Positions 24,425 to 39,599 of a stretch of DNA of 64,000 nucleotides are shown in pieces. The DNA is from Pristiophorus japonicus (taxonomy: Eukaryota): the NCBI RefSeq assembly GCF_044704955.1, contig NC_091999.1, positions 10,230,001 through 10,294,000 on the forward strand. The letters are read 5' to 3'. Position numbers and translations under genes: made by a program. The notes beneath the pieces are model-generated. The model did no database searches. It was not told where the DNA came from and was given only the letters and a program-made list of their open reading frames with translations. Position 1 is the stretch's first letter, and each line of letters begins with the position of its first letter.

Positions 24425-26640
24425 GCGATGTTAAGGGAAGGTCGTGTTTGACTAACTTGATTGAATTTTTTGAGAAGGTAACAAGGATTGTCGATGAACC
24501 AGTGTGCATGAATTTTAGCAAGGATTTTGACAATGTGCCACGTGGCAGGCTGAAAAAAAAGTAAAAGCCCATGGGATCGAGGGGAGAGTGGCAAATTGGA
24601 TCAAAAATTGGCTCAGTGGCTGTAAGCAAAGTGTAACAGTTGGCGAGTGCTTTTGCGATTGCGAGGTTGTTTGCAGTGAGGTTCCACCAGGCTCAGTGCT
24701 CGGTCACTTGCTGTCTGTAAAACATATTAACACTTTATGCTTAAATGTAGGGTGCATGATAAAGAGGTTTTCAGATGATACAAATATTGGCCTTGTGGTT
24801 GACAGTGAGGAATATATCGATCAACTGCTCAGTGGAGCAGAAAAAGGGATAATGGAATGCAATCAGCAGAATTGTGACGTCATGCTATTGGGGACGTGCA
24901 ACAAGAAAATGGATCGCATAAAAAATGGAGGTGTGGAGCTACGGAGGGACATAACAACATAAGAAAATAAGAAATAGGAACAGGAGTAGGCTATATGGCC
25001 CCTCGAGCCTGCTCCGCCACTCAATAATATCATGGCTGATCTGATCATGGACTCAGCCCCACTTCCCCACCCATTCCCCATAACCCCTTATCCCCTTATC
25101 TTTTAAGAAATTATTTCTATCTTAAATGTATTCAATGTCCCATCTTCCACAGCTCTCTGAGGCAGCGAATTCCACAGATTTCCAACTCTCCTAGAGAAGA
25201 ATTTCTCCTCATCTCTGTTTTAAATGGGCGGCCCCTTATTCTAAAATCATGCGCTCTAGTTCTGATCTACCTCATCTCTGAATCAACCTTGTCAAGCCCC
25301 CTCATAACCTTATACGTTTCGAGAACACCACATCTCATTCTTCTGAATTCCAATGGGTAGCGGCCCAAACGACTCAACCTTTCCTCACAAGTCAACCCCC
25401 TCATCCCCTGAATTAACCTAGTGACCCTCCAGAACACGTATATCCTTTCTTACATATGGAAAACAAAACTGCACGCAGTATTCCAGGTGTGGCCTCAGCA
25501 ATAACTTCGATTGCTGCAGTAAGACTTCCCTGCTTTTATACTCCATCCCCTTTGCAATAAAGGCCAAGATAACATTGGCCTTCCTGCTCATTTAGTGTAC
25601 CTGCATAAGATCCTTTTGTGTTTCATGCACAAGTACCCCCAGGTCCCACTGCACTGCGGAACTTTGCAATCTTTCCTCATTTAAATAATAACTTGCATTT
25701 TGATTTTTTTTCTGCCAAACTGCATGACCTCACACTTTCTAAGATTATACTCCATCTGCCAAATCTTTGCCCACTAACTTAGCCTGCCTATGTCCTTTTG
25801 CAGATTTTTTGTGTCCGCCTCACACATTGCTTTTCCTCCCATCTTTGTATCGTCAGCAAACTTGGCTACGTTACACTCAGTCCCTTCTTCCAAGTCGTAA
25901 ATATAGAATGTCAATAGTTCGGGTCCCAGTATTGATTCCTGTGGCGCCCTCCTAGTTACGGGAGTGTTTGTCCATAGATCCTTAAAGGTTGAACGATAGG
26001 CCGATAAGTTCTTAAAAGGCATATGGAATGTTTTCCTTTATTAACCGTGGCACAGACTAAAAGAGCAGTGAAGCTATGCTAAAACTGTATACAAAACTAG
26101 TTTGCCCACAGCTTGAGTATTGTATACAGATCTGGTCACCACATTACACGAAATATGTAACTGCATTCGAGGTCGTACAGAGGAGATTTTCAAGGATGTT
26201 GCCAGGACTGTAAATTTTTTAGCTATGATGTAATATTGGAGAGGCTGGGTTTGTTATCTTCTTTCGACCAGAGGAGGCTGAGGCAAAATTTAATTAAGGT
26301 GCATAGAATTATGAGGAGCCTCGAGACAGTAGATAGCAGAGGGTCAATACCAGGGTGGGGGGGAGACAGGATCAAAGTCGTTGGTAGAAGGATTGGAGGC
26401 GAGCTGAGCTAATGTAAATTCACCGAGATGGTGGTGGGGGTCTGAACGCACTACCAGAAAGGTTGGTAGAGGCAGAAACCCTCCTCACTTTGAAAAAGTA
26501 CTTGCATGTTCATTGAAAGCTGTGAACTACAGGGTTGTGAAAATAATGCCGAAAATTAGGAATAGGCAGGCTCGCTATTTGTCAACACGATGGGTCGAAT
26601 GGCCACCCTTGTATGTTGTAATTTATGATTCTATGATTCT
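24425..26640 (+). mobile_element. Degenerate CR1 interrupted by a nested minus-strand CR1
   Basis: KGRSCLTNLIEFFE at ~24435; continues 25965-26640 to an ATTCTATG tail. Confidence 0.8.
24955..25960 (-). mobile_element. Nested CR1 3' fragment
   Basis: AKFADDTK motif; AACATAAG-type tail. Confidence 0.85.
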
Positions 26641-26917
26641 TCCGTGTCTGTGTGTGTCACCCTCTTCCGTTCGCTCTCCCTGCTGTGTGACAATGTGTCT
26701 GAATTTGAATCCCTAGCTTCAACACAACAAGGTGCTCCATTGATAGTATCAGTTATAGTATATAAAACATTGCTGAAGCACAGTAATATATTTAAAATGC
26801 CAGCAATCACAGCAAGATCCAAACGTGATGAAGCACGAATCATGATACGGTTCCACACCCTCTGTATTTGCCGCCGGTTCCTCAGATTTGGAATCGGTGT
26901 TTGTTCATGTCGTTTTG

Positions 26918-29265
26918 AACATACGAACAAAAGAATTAGGAACAGGAGTAGGCCATCCAGTCGCTCGAGCCTGCTCTGCCACTCAACAAGATCATGGCTG
27001 ATCTGGCCGTGGACTCAACTCCACTTACCCGCCCGCTCCCCCTAACCCTTAAGTCCCTTATTGGTTAAAGATCTATCTATCTGTGATTTGAATACATTCA
27101 ATGAGCTAACCTCAACTGCTTCCCTGTGCAGAGAATTCCACAGGTTCACAACCCTCTGGGAGAAGAAATTCCTTCTCGGTTTTAAATTGGCTCCCAGTAT
27201 TTTGAGGCTGTGCCCCCGAGTTCTAGTCTCCCCGATCAGTGGAAACAACCTCTCTGCCTCTATCTTGTCTATCCCTTTCATTATTTTAAATGTTTCTCTA
27301 AGATCACCCCTCATCCTTCTGAACTCTAACGAGTAAAGACCCAGTCTACTCAATCTATCATCATAAGGAAACCCCCTCATCTCCGGAATCAGCCTAGTGA
27401 ATCATCTCTGTACCCCCTCCAAATATAATATATCCTTCCTTAAGTAAGGTGATCAAAACTGCATGCAGTACTCCAGGTGCGGCCTCACCAATACCCTGTA
27501 CAGTTACAGCAGGACCTCCCTGCTTTTATACTCCATCCCTCTCGCAATGAAGGCCAACATTACATTCGCCTTCCTGATTACCTGCTGCAACTGCAAACGA
27601 ACTTTTTGGAATTCATGCACAAGGACCCCCAGGTCCCTCTGCACCACCGAATGTTGTAATTTCTCCCCATTCAAATAATATTCCCTTTTACCTTTTTTTT
27701 TCCCAAGGTGGATGACCTCACTTTTTCCGACATTGTATTCCATCTGCCAAACCTTACCCCATTCGCGTAACCTCTCTAAATCTCTTTCCAGCCTCTCTGT
27801 GTCCTCTACACAACCCGCTTTCCCACTATTCTTTTGTGTCATCTCCAAATTTTGTTACACTACACTCTGTCCCCTCTCCCAGGTCATCTATGTATATTGT
27901 AAACAGTTGTGGTCCCAGCACCGATCCCTGTGGCACACCAATAACCACCGGTTTCCAACCCGAAAAGGACCCATTTATCCCGACTCTCTGCTCTCTTTTA
28001 GCCAGCCAATTCTCGATCCATGCTAATACATTTCCTCTGACTCCGTGTACCTTTATCTTCTGCAGTAACTTGTGTGTGGCACCCTATCGAATGCCTTTTG
28101 GAAATCCAAATACACCACATCCATCGGTACATCTCTATCCACCATGCTCGTTATATCCTGGAAGAATTACAGTAAATTAGTTAAACATGATTTCCCCTTC
28201 TTGAATTCATGTTGCGTCTGCTTGATTGCACTATTCCTATCTAGATGTTCCGCTATTTCTTCCTTAATGTTAGTTTCAACCATGTTCCCCACTACAGGTT
28301 TTTAATTAACTGGCAGAAAGTTACATGCCTTTTTTCTGCCCCCTTTTTTAAACAGAGGCGTTACATTAGCTGCTCTCCAATCCGCTGGTACCTCCCCAGA
28401 GTCCAGAGAATTTTGGTAGATTTTAACGAATGCATCTGCTATAACTTCTGCCATCTCTTTTAATACCCTGGGATGCATTTCATCAGGACCAGGGGACTTG
28501 TCTACTTTGAGTCCCATTAGCCTGTCCAGCACTATCACAATAGTGATAGTTATTGTCTCAAGGTCCTTCCTTCCCACATTCCCGTGACCAGCAATTTTTA
28601 CCATGGTTTTTGTGTCTTCAACTGTGAAGACCGAAGCAAAATAATTGTTTAAGATCTCAGCCATTTCCACATTTCCCACTATTAAACCCCCCTGCTCATC
28701 TTCTAAGCGACCAACATTTATTTTAGTCACTCTTTTCCATTTTATATATCGGTAAAAGCTTTTACTATCTATTTTTATGTTTTGCGCAAGTTTACTTTCG
28801 TAATCTATCTTTCCTTTCTTTATTGCTTTCTCAGTCATTCTTTGCTGTCGTTTAAAATTTACCCAATCTTCTAGTTTCCCACGAATCTTGGCCACCTTAT
28901 ATGCATTGATTTTTAATTTGATCCTCTCCTTTATTTCCTTGGTTATCCACAGCTGGTTATCCTTTCTCTTACCGCCTTTCATTTTCACTGGAATATATTT
29001 TTGTTTGAGTACTATGAAAGCGCTCCTTAAAAGTCCTCCACTGTTCCTCAATTGTGCCACCGTTCAGTCTGTGTTCTCAGTCTATTTTAGCCAACTCTGC
29101 CCTCATCCCACTGTAGTCCCCTTTGTTTAAGCATAGTACGCTCGTTTGAGACACTACTTCCTCAACCTCAATCTGTATTACAAATCAACCATACTGGGAT
29201 CACTCATTCCGAGAGGATCTTTTACTCGGAGATCGTTTATTATTCCTGTCTCGTTACACAGGACC
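26918..29265 (-). mobile_element. CR1 LINE, 5'-truncated
   Basis: ORFs 28302-29060, 27504-27848 and 27042-27380; same subfamily as 704-3040. Confidence 0.95.
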
Positions 29266-29679
29266 GCGCTTCATTCATCAGTTGTGTCTTGGATATTAAA
29301 AATAAACAAAGGGAATTACCAAAATTTAAGCTGAAGTTGCCACTAATACCGGGTATTTCTCGTTCTGCACTAAAGTCTATCATAGTAATGGTAAAAAAAC
29401 AAGAAAATGTGTCATAGTCATTCAACAACATCCACCTGCACTTTGAGAATTCCGTGCTTCCTCAGGCAGATGGCTGTTTACCTCACTTCGCCACCAGAGA
29501 GAGCACCGGCATGTGCCTGCGGTTTCACTGCAGCAAATCATTCGCAAGATCACAAGGCTGTGGAGGATGAGCACGTTGTTCGTCCGATCAAAATTTAATC
29601 TTCCAGAAACTCGACATACTAAAATATGCTGTATCTGTAAAAAGGTGCTTATGAATCTTAATATTCAATGTGATTTGCA

Positions 29680-32600
29680 AACGAATCACAGAAAGTTAAC
29701 ATGCAGTTACAGCAAGCTTTGGAAGGCAAATAGTATATTCATCTTTATTGCAAGGCATTAGAGGAAAAGAGTTTGGAAATCTTGCTGCAAATAAATTGAG
29801 TCTTGGTGAGACCATACCGGGAGCACTGTGTTCAGTTTTGTTCCCCCTATCGGAGGAAGGAAGTACTTGCCATCTAGTAAACAAAGGTTCGCTAGCTTTA
29901 ATTCGTGTAATGAAATGGCTCTTCTCTGCGGAGAGGTTTCATGGAATTAGTTTATTTTCTCTGCTGTTTAGAAGAATGAGAGGTGATCTCATTGAAACGT
30001 ATGAGCTTTTTAGTGGTCTTGATTTGATAGTTGCTGAGATGTTGTTTCCCTTGCCTGGAGAATCCAGAACTAGGGTTCATAAGAACATAAGAACATAAGA
30101 AATGTGACCACGAGTCGGCCATTTGGCCCCTCAGACCTGCTCCACCATTCAATAAGATCATTGCTGACCTGATCATGTGCTCAGCTCTACTTCCCTGTCC
30201 GCTCCCCTTAACCCTTCAGTCCCTTATCGTCCATAAGTATGTCTATCTGCATCTTAAATATAATCAATGGCCCAGCCTCCACCGATCTCCTGGGCAGAGA
30301 ATTCCACAGAGTTAGAACGATTTGAGAGAACAAATTCCTCCTCATCCCAGTTTTAAATGGGCGACACCTTATTCAGAAACTATCGACCCTAGTTTCAGAT
30401 TCTCCCTGAGTGGAAACATCCTCTCTGCATCTACATTTTCGAGACCCCTCAGTATCTTATATATCTCAACAAGAACACTTCTCATTATTTTGAACTCCAA
30501 TGAGTATAGGCTCAACCTTTCTTCATAAGTTAACCCCTTCATCTCAGGAATCAATCTCGTGAAAATTGTCTGAACTGCCTCCAATGCAAGTATATCTCTC
30601 CTTAAATAGAGGAGACCAACACTGTACGCAGTACTCTAGGTGTGGCCTCACCAGAAATCTGTAGAGTTGTAGGAGGTATTCTCTGCTTTTATACTCGACC
30701 CCCTTGCAATAAAGGACAACATGCAATTTGATTTCCTGCTATTTTGCTGTACCTGCATACGAATATTTTATGCTTCATGCACAAGGACTTCCAGGTTCCT
30801 CTGCACTGCAGCAATTTTTAATTTCCTCCATTTAAATAAGAATGTGATTTTTTATTATTTATATCCAAGTGGATAACCTCAAACTTTCCTACATTATAAG
30901 TCATAGTCTCAGAATCCTTGCGGATCAAGGAACAATATCCTTGCACGGATGTTGCGGGTTGCTCGTGCTGATGGGGAGGTTATGAATCATCTTGGCAGGT
31001 GGGTGGGAATCCGAGAGTAGATTCAAAAGGGAGATAAACAACGCTGGAATTCGATAGCAGCAAATGTGAAAATGAAATTGTCGGCAGGGGAAACAAAGGC
31101 TGGCAAATAAATGGAGTTGGCACTGCTAAAGGGTGTATATTCAAAGGAAGTGTGTACGGAACAATGCAGATGAATTGAGAGCACAGGTAGACACTTGGGA
31201 GTATGATATTATAGCTATTACTGACACATGGATGAAAGAAGAACAGGTATGTCAGCTCAACATTTCTGGTTACTGGGTTTTCAGACGTTACAGAGCGGGA
31301 GATAAAAAGGAGGAAGGGGTGCAGCATTGAATTAAAAATCAATTACAGCTGTGAGGAGGGAAGATATGTCGAAGGATCATCCAATAAGACGATATGGGTT
31401 GAATTTAAGAACGAAAAAGGGGCTGGGAGTGCACTGTAGATCCTCAAATAGTCAGAGAGAGACAGAACAGCAAATGTGCAGGCACATTTCTGAGAACTGC
31501 AAAAACTATTGGACAGCAATCTTAGGGGATTTCTACTACCCTAATATTAACTGGGATAGAATAAGTGTGAAAGATATAGAGTGTTCAGATTTCCAAAAAT
31601 GCATTCAGGAGAGTTTTTTTCAGCTAGTATGTAGCAAGGCGAGGAGTGGAAGGGTTCTCCACTTAATTTTATCGAACGAAGCTGGGCAGGTGGAAGGGAT
31701 ATCTTTGGAAGAGCATGTTGGTGATAGTGACCAAAATTCAGTTAGATTCGGGTCGTTATGGAAAAGGACGAAGATAGACAAGGAATAACAATTCTCAATT
31801 GGGGGAAAGCCAAAGTGGATTGGAAATAGTTACTTGAAGGTAAATCATTGTCACAGCAGTGAGAGGCATTCAAGGTGGAGATCCTGAGAGCCAGATTGTT
31901 GCATTAACTAAAAAGAGTGGCACTAACATATCTAGAGCACCCAGGATGTCATGCAGCATAAAGAGTAAGATGCAGAAAAAAAGGAACGTTTATAACAGAT
32001 ACCATGGGCTCAATATGTCAGAAGACCTAGAGGAGTATAGAAATTGCAACCGTGAAATTAAAAAGGAAATTCGTAAAGCAATGAGTTGAAAAAATGATTG
32101 GTAGGTAAATCTAGGAAAAGCCAAATATATTTTATAAATACATTAAGACAAAGAGGATAAAAAAAAGAGTAGGGCGTATTAGAGACAATAAATGTAGTCT
32201 GTATGTTGAGACGGATGTCGTTGGTGTCATTCTTAATGAATACTTTGCGTCTGTTTTCACAACATAGAGGGGTGAAACAGACATTACAATCAGGGAGGAG
32301 GAGTGTGAAATATTAAGTAAACTTTAATAATCACAGCGAGAGAGGAATTGTTAACAGGTTAAGCAGCTTTGAGAGTGTATCAATATCCAGGCTCGGATGA
32401 AATGTATCCCAGGCTGTAACGGAAAACAGATGTGGAAATAACAGAGAGTCTGACCATCATTTTCCTAACCTCTCTGGCTACAGGGAGGACTGGAGGACTG
32501 CTCATGGTGCACCTTTGTTTCAAAAGGGAGAAAGGAACAGATAGAATAATTACATGCCAGTAAGCCTAATCTCGGTGGTGGAAAAATTATTGGAAGAAAC

Positions 32601-34200
32601 TTTGAGGGACAGGACACATCTTCATTGAGAAAGACACGGATTAATCAAGGATAGCCAGCATGGATTTGTTCAGGGAAATTCGTGTCTGATTAATCTGATA
32701 CAATTTTTTGAGGAGATTATAAGAAGGTTCAGTCACGATAGTAGTTTTGATGTCTTGTATTTGGATTGAAGCAAGGCTTTTGATAAGGTCCCACATGGAA
32801 GATTATCACGAAAGTAAACCCCCATATGATTCAAACCAAAGTGGCAAGTTGGATCCAAGTTTGGCTCAGAGGCAGGAAGCAAACGGTAATGATCGTTGGG
32901 TGTTTTGTGTGACTGAAAGGCTGTTTCCAGTGCGGTTCCACAGCAGTCAGCAGCAGGTCCCTTGATTTTTGTTGGAACTTCGATGATTTAGATTTGAATG
33001 TAGGGGCTATGATTAAGAAGGTTTCAGATGATACAAACATTGTTCGTGTGGTTGAGAATGAGGAAGAAATATGTAACCTGCAGGAATATATCGATGAACT
33101 GGTCAGGTGGAAACAACAGTGGCAAATGGAATTCAATCCTGAAAAGCGTGAGGTAATCCATTTGGGGAGGTCAAACAAGGCAAGGTAATACGCATTAAAT
33201 GGTAGGAGACTGAGCAATGTAGAGGAACATAGGGATTTTCGGGTACATTTGCACGGATCCCTGAATGTAGCAGCCCATGCATATAACATGGTTCAGACGG
33301 CATACAGAACACCTGCCTGATTAGAAGGGTACAGTTACTTGCCTTACTGCGTGAACTGTATAAAACACTAGTTACACCACAGCCAGAGTACTATGCACAG
33401 TTCTGGTCACCACATTACATGAACGTGATTGCACTCGAGAGCGTACAGAGATTTGCGAGGATGCTGCCTGGACTGAAGAGTTTTCGCCAGCAGGAAGGAT
33501 CCGATAGGCTGGGTTTGATTTCTTTGGAGAAAGGAAGCTGAGGGGAGACCTTATTGAGGTATATAAAATGAAGGGGGCCTAGATAATGTAAATATGCGCA
33601 CCTATTTCGCTTAGTGGAGGGGTCAATCACCAGCGGGCATAGATTTAAATTAATTGGCAAACGGTTTAGTGGGGATTTGAAGGGAAATGTTTTCACCCAG
33701 TTGGGGTGGTTTTGAACTCACTGCCTGAAAGGTGATAGGAGCAGAAACCCTCATAGCACTTAAAAAGTATTAGGATGTGCTTTTGAATTTTCGAAACTTA
33801 AAAGTCTATGGGCCATGTTTTGGAATGTGGGTTAAGGCTGGATAGTTCTTTGTCATTCAATGCGGAAACAATGGGCCGAAATGGCGTCTTTCCGTGCTTT
33901 AAGTTTCTATGATTCTATGATTCTATGATAAGGGATCAGACATTTAGGTCTGCAGTGAGCAGCAATTGCTTCACTCAGAAGGTTGTGCAACTTTGGTATT
34001 CTCTAACGCAGAGACCTGTGGATGCTGAATGGAGCAGTATGTCCAAGACTGAGATCTATAGATTATTGGGAGTAATGTAATCAAGCGATATGGGATTTGG
34101 GCGGGAATGTGGATGTGATGTGCAAGTTAAGCTATGATCTTATTGAATGCAGGAGCTGGCTAGATGGGAGGTGTAGTCTACCCCTGCTCCTTTTTCTTAT
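29680..34200. mobile_element. Cluster of old CR1 fragments (+29680-30075, -30080-30900, +30910-33930, +33940-34200)
   Basis: Same order and orientation as the old CR1 pieces at 310-7125; EN motif ILGDFYYPNINW. Confidence 0.85.
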
Positions 34201-35280
34201 ATTCTTGCGAAAGCAATTCCATGCATGTGGATTCTTCTAACTGTTCCCAGAGTCCTTTCCAACTGTTTATCTTGCGGTCTCTCGCTGGATTTCTCTCCCA
34301 GTATCTCAATCTGTGTTTCTCGCCCTATTTCTCCCTCAATCTTTTTCACTGTATCTATAACTATTTTTCTCTCTCTGTCTCTTCGTTAATGACAGATTTG
34401 AAAAGTAAGTAGAAAGGCGTTACCTCACGTACTACACCCTTTCAAAAAGGCAGCTCATCACCAACTTCTCAATGGCAATTAGGAATGAGCAACAAATGGT
34501 GGCCAAGCCATCGACCCCCCTCGCCCATGAAATAATAAAAACAACGAATGGGCCACCAGGTAGTGCTCTTTTACGTCAATAGTTTGTATGCAGTGAAAAT
34601 ATCAAAGTGTTTTTTTTTGCATTCCTTTCCCGGGAGATTACATTCAATTAGCTGACGGTTAATGTTGTAGAAGGCCAGTGTAGTCAATACTGTGTTGCCA
34701 TTGCAAACAGCGCATGACACCGATATCCCGCCCCTGCCGCAACAACATATCTCCAAAATCCCCCCATTAATTTCAAGCCCTTCCAATCGAAAACTCACTT
34801 TATCGGCTCTATTTAAATGGTGGAGAAGTACGAGGTTTAACACAGCTAACCTGTGCAGTCCCATCAATACAATAGAACTCCGTATTTTCTGCCCCCTCAG
34901 TTTTCGAAACCAAATCCGAGAGGGAGATCGGTCAGTGTTTATCCCACTGCCCAATCAGACAGAGGAGACCTCTGCTCTCAGTTTGGATGGAGTTACTTTT
35001 GTTAACCGTCAGTACAGCATGCGTTAATGGTAAATTTGGCGGCTTTTGTTCAAGAGGATAAATTTTATACTGTGCAACTAGAGAGCGTGTCAGTAAGAAT
35101 AAAGCATCAGCACTAGCATTCCTCCCTGGCTCTCAGTGAGGACATAATAGATACTTACCATCATACCTGAAAATCACATCGTCGACTGCACATCAGAATA
35201 ATCCCAAAATAATCGAGTTTACAATAATATTCTTAATCCATTAGGATAAACTAGGAACTTGCATAAATTAGGGAAACGCC

Positions 35281-35725
35281 ATGAATGTAATTATAATTTT
35301 CACTTTTTGATTTTAGGTGAGCATCGGTGCACTGAAAAGCATTCGCTGTTAAAATGTATTTATTGTGTCTAATTTTCCACCTCCTTTGTATTTGCAGTTT
35401 TCGGTGGCGAGGCTCTGATCCAACAACCACAGCAGGTGTTTGCACAAGAGGGGTGATCGATTGAAATCACGTGCAATGCAAGGACCAGCGGCTTTGATGG
35501 TATATTATGGTACAGCCAACTGCAGAACCGTGACCTGAAATTTATCATATCTACTGTCCTGGCCAACGCCACTGATGGACAATTCAAATTCTTCATTGAC
35601 GCAATAAAAAGTTAACAGGTTATAACATTCTCGTTATGGACAGCAACGAGGTCTCAGAGGCTGGAATATATTACTGTGCAATAGGGAACCATAAGACAAA
35701 GGCTGGGCGCTCCAGTACAATAACT
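35281..35725 (+). pseudogene. TCR V pseudogene (F1)
   Basis: Frameshifted leader and V; EAGIYYCAIG; RSS AACCATA-23-ACAATAACT. Confidence 0.85.
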
Positions 35726-36480
35726 CCTGAAATTTCTTATCAGAAAATCTTAGCACAGTTCCACAGCTCTCCTGAATGTGTAGTCTCCTGTGTTGTGTAC
35801 AGTTCCATTCATCCAGTAAGGAACGGGTTAATCAGAACTACAAGCTCGATTCATCCTGCAAGGGAAGGGTTCATCACACTGACCTGAAGTCAATTCAAGT
35901 TCTACTGCTACTGATTTCTGTGCATATTGTAATTAATTTCTCTCATATTATAGGTGACTTTTGTCGGATTTACCATACACTTGTGTTCAAATCCCTCAGA
36001 ATTGAGAGGCCTTCTATATCACGCTTTCTATTGGCTATGGGTAGTTCGAATAGTAAGTGAGCAATTTTTAATGGGAGTCGCCTACACTGATAACAGAAGA
36101 GCATTAACTATTTCGCTTCACTGCCTCTATCTCACCTGTTAAAGGGCCGACATTGGGGTTTAATTCCCGTCCAGTTCTCTGTTGTGAGAACAATTTCGTT
36201 CCGTTTATCGCTGCTCGCTGTCATGTACTGAATTGGAGAACAGAGGAACTGTGAGCCGATTGCATCAATTGGAGAACAAAGGAGCTGTGAACTGATTCGA
36301 CGAATTGCAGAAAAAAGACCCGCCTGCTGACACGGTCAGGAAACTCTTTTGAGTTTGTAACGGTCAGGAATGAACCAGTCGGCAAAGACACCGGATATTA
36401 ATCATCATCTTCCCAACTCTTGATTAAAATTATATCAGGTTCAGACCGTGCTGTTCCAATCCGCAAGCAACTCTCTGTAA

Positions 36481-37026
36481 ATATCTTGGGTGTAACGTGT
36501 TTATTCAACTATCACAGCTGCAGCTCTCTGAACTCGTACAGTTTACAAGTTACAAAATCTTCTTCCAGGTGCCATTGAAATATTTATAACGTTGTTTTCT
36601 CTATATTTGCAATGTATTCCGTCACATAATGATTTAGTTACAACAAAGTGATGAAAAATGGTTGAAGTTCTGTATTTCTCAATTTCTGCAGCTGTTAGTG
36701 GCGCAGACTCAATCTCACAGGGGCTGGTGACTGCGACACAGTATGAAGGAGACGCGGTGACAATTAATTACAGCTATTCTTGCGATTCCTTACAGCTGCA
36801 CTGACAGGGCGGCGAAAAAGCACCACAATCTTAATCAACCTCCCATCGTACGGGAATGTTTTCAGAGCAGAGGGCGTGACTGCTCGATTTTCCACATCTC
36901 TCGTTACTTCGCAACTTGAGGGGAATTTCACCATCAGCGACTTGTGGCTGTTTGACAGTGCGGTCTATTACTGCGGGCAGAAATTGACACAGGGGCAGGA
37001 ACCAAAGGGAGCCTCGTATAAAACCG
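36481..37026 (+). pseudogene. TCR V pseudogene (F3)
   Basis: ATG lost; deletions; DSAVYYCG; RSS CACAGGG(36988)-23-ATAAAACCG. Confidence 0.85.
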
Positions 37027-37439
37027 CTGCCGCAATGTGACATGGTCAAGGGGACAGTGGGAAAAGCGGGAAGAAACCTGGACTGTCAGTACTTATCGCA
37101 GGAGAGTATCCATCAAAATCAAACAAATGAGTAGCTTTCCAGCTTTCAATACTGAATTGGAATAATGTTTATTATTAATAATAAGCTTGCTGTTACAATC
37201 ATAATAAGTTGTTTGATAGACAATGCTTCCAATCCATGTTCATATCATGGGCACCTCAATTTTCAATCTTAGTGAAACAGATAAATAAACAGTTCTCATT
37301 CAGTGTCAGAATCGCAAGCAGACCTCACGTTCCAGTCGGCAGGAACATAGCTTAATGGTTAGGGGCAATTCCGAAATGAATTTAGAAATCATTTGAGGGT
37401 TTCAGAAAAATCAGAACAACGCGGCCTCCCCTGAAATGT

Positions 37440-37759
37440 GACCCACAACCTAAATCCTGGCGGCTGCACGGGGTGCTGACGGTACCAGCAGACATAATGT
37501 GTCGCACCACTTGCTTTCAAGGTTCGTGTTACATCACATTGCCTCTTCAACCGTCATTTCCAGAACTGGCGGTTCTACCGTGTCTTGGTGGTCTACTTCT
37601 GACATAAAATAATAGTAATAGTGATTATCATCACTGTCACCACTTGGTCAATAATAACATCTGGGTTGCAGCAGTCTGGGGAGAATGGATTTTTACTGGG
37701 AAGGAAATCCTTACTGAGAAGTGATATAGTGATGTGGAGCGGCGCGGGATGGTCTGCAT
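37440..37759 (-). pseudogene. Truncated V pseudogene (F4)
   Basis: Paralog of 20230-20555. Confidence 0.7.
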
Positions 37760-38696
37760 GATCCTCCCTGAGTCTGATACACTGCAGTCTGGAAAATCCT
37801 CTGTCGGGACGGAAATACAGAACCCCGCTCCACTGTACTTCTGATCCAAGCAATGGCGAAGAGGGACCAGTGGCAGCAATCTCTCCAATAAAATAAGGCG
37901 GGTCAGAGCAAGAGCAGCAAAGGGAAGCTGTGGGTGGGGCAGCCACAGATACACAATTGAGTGAATTCAACTCCCTGTGTACCCGCAGAAACTGCGCAGC
38001 GCCAATCAACTGAAATCGCAGCTGATGTAATGGAAAGGGTGTTGGCGTCGTGGAGAAGTCTGTGGCCAAACTGATCCTGCTAACTGAGCAAGTGACTGGA
38101 AATAAATAGAGTGGGAGGGACAAGAAATGATTGCACAGCTTCAGAAATATTCCTGGTTGAACCGCTCAAATCTAGAGTTTTGAGACGCAATATCTGGCAC
38201 AGGTCTTTTATATATGATCCATAAAACATAAATCCCCTCAATTATGTTATTTTAAATCGAATTGAACAAAATCCGCCAGCAGACGGCGCCAAACTCAAGT
38301 GTGGGAATTAGAAAGTCACGTGATGCAAACATCAATGCCAACAATGACCGCAGGCAAAGGAAGTCACAAATGGGTCGCCCCCTGCAGCGTGTGGGTGGAA
38401 CGGTGAGCTGGACAGGTCGCGGGTTACCTCTGTCCCTCTCAATCTCTGCCTCATTCCATTCCAAGTTACTGCGAGTGATTCAATCAGACTTATTTCTCAT
38501 AATACAGGCGGCTGTGCAGTAAGTACTGAATTATAAGAAAAACCCCAGTTAGCAGACTGATGCAAATAATTTGTGCAGGCAATCTGAACTATCCATACAA
38601 TTAATAGCTGGGTTCATGGGAAGTTACATACACACACACACAAGTTGTAATCGATACTGTGTAAGCTCATATTCTACTGTTCTCCTTTCTTCACAG

Positions 38697-38980
38697 GCGA
38701 TTTTGCGCGAATCCAGTAGCTCAGCCTCCGATGACAATAGAGGTGTTTGCAGGATGTTCGCTGCAGTACGATTGCGAATATACAACCCCGGATATTGACA
38801 TCGTGCAATGGTGTCGGCAGAAATATAATTAGAAAATATCCACACTAATGGGAGGCGAAATATCAGGACAATATTAGGTGGCTGCAAGCAAGTGTAGAAA
38901 GAACATTTACCTAAGTGTGCAGGACGTGCGGTCAATCACTCTGCAGTGATGTACAGCGTCAAAAGGCCCCGGACATAAAT
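38697..38980 (+). pseudogene. V pseudogene (F5)
   Basis: NPVAQPPMTIEVFAGCSLQYDCEYTTPDIDIVQWCRQK; degenerate RSS. Confidence 0.7.
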
Positions 38981-39004
38981 TTCAGCATGTATTTATAGTT
39001 GCAT

Positions 39005-39512
39005 AATAACATAACAACTTAAGACATAGGAGCATTAGTAGGCCCTAAGGACTCTAGCATCTGCTCTGCCATTCAATAAGATCATTGCTGATCTGACCAT
39101 GGACTCAGCTCCACTTCCCCGCTCGCTCCCAGTAACCCTTTATCCCCTTATCATTGAAGAAACTGTCTACATCTGCCTCAAATTTATTCAATGTCCCAGG
39201 TTCCAGAGCTCTCTGAGGCAGCGAATTCCACAGATTTACAACCCTCTGGGAGCAGAAATGTCTCCCCATCTCTGTTTTAAATGGGCGTCCACTTATTAAA
39301 AGATCATGACCTCTAGTTGTAGCCTCTCTCATCGGTGGAAACATCCTCTCTGCATTCTCTTTGTCAGGCCCCCGCATAATCTTATGTTTCGATAAGATCA
39401 CCTCTCATTCTTTTGAATTCCAATGAGTAGAGGCCCATCCTAATCAACATTTCCACATAAGTCAACCCCGTCGCCGGAATCAACCTAGTGAACATTCTCT
39501 GAACTGCCTCCA
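39005..39512 (-). mobile_element. CR1 3' fragment
   Basis: ORF 39105-39401 with SQRVVNLWNSLP. Confidence 0.9.
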
Positions 39513-39599
39513 AACATGAGATCTTTCATGCTTTTCTCTCTGGGGTTAGTTTAATCAGAAAGTGACGAGGATCAAATTCTGTCAGTTTGCGAGATGAAA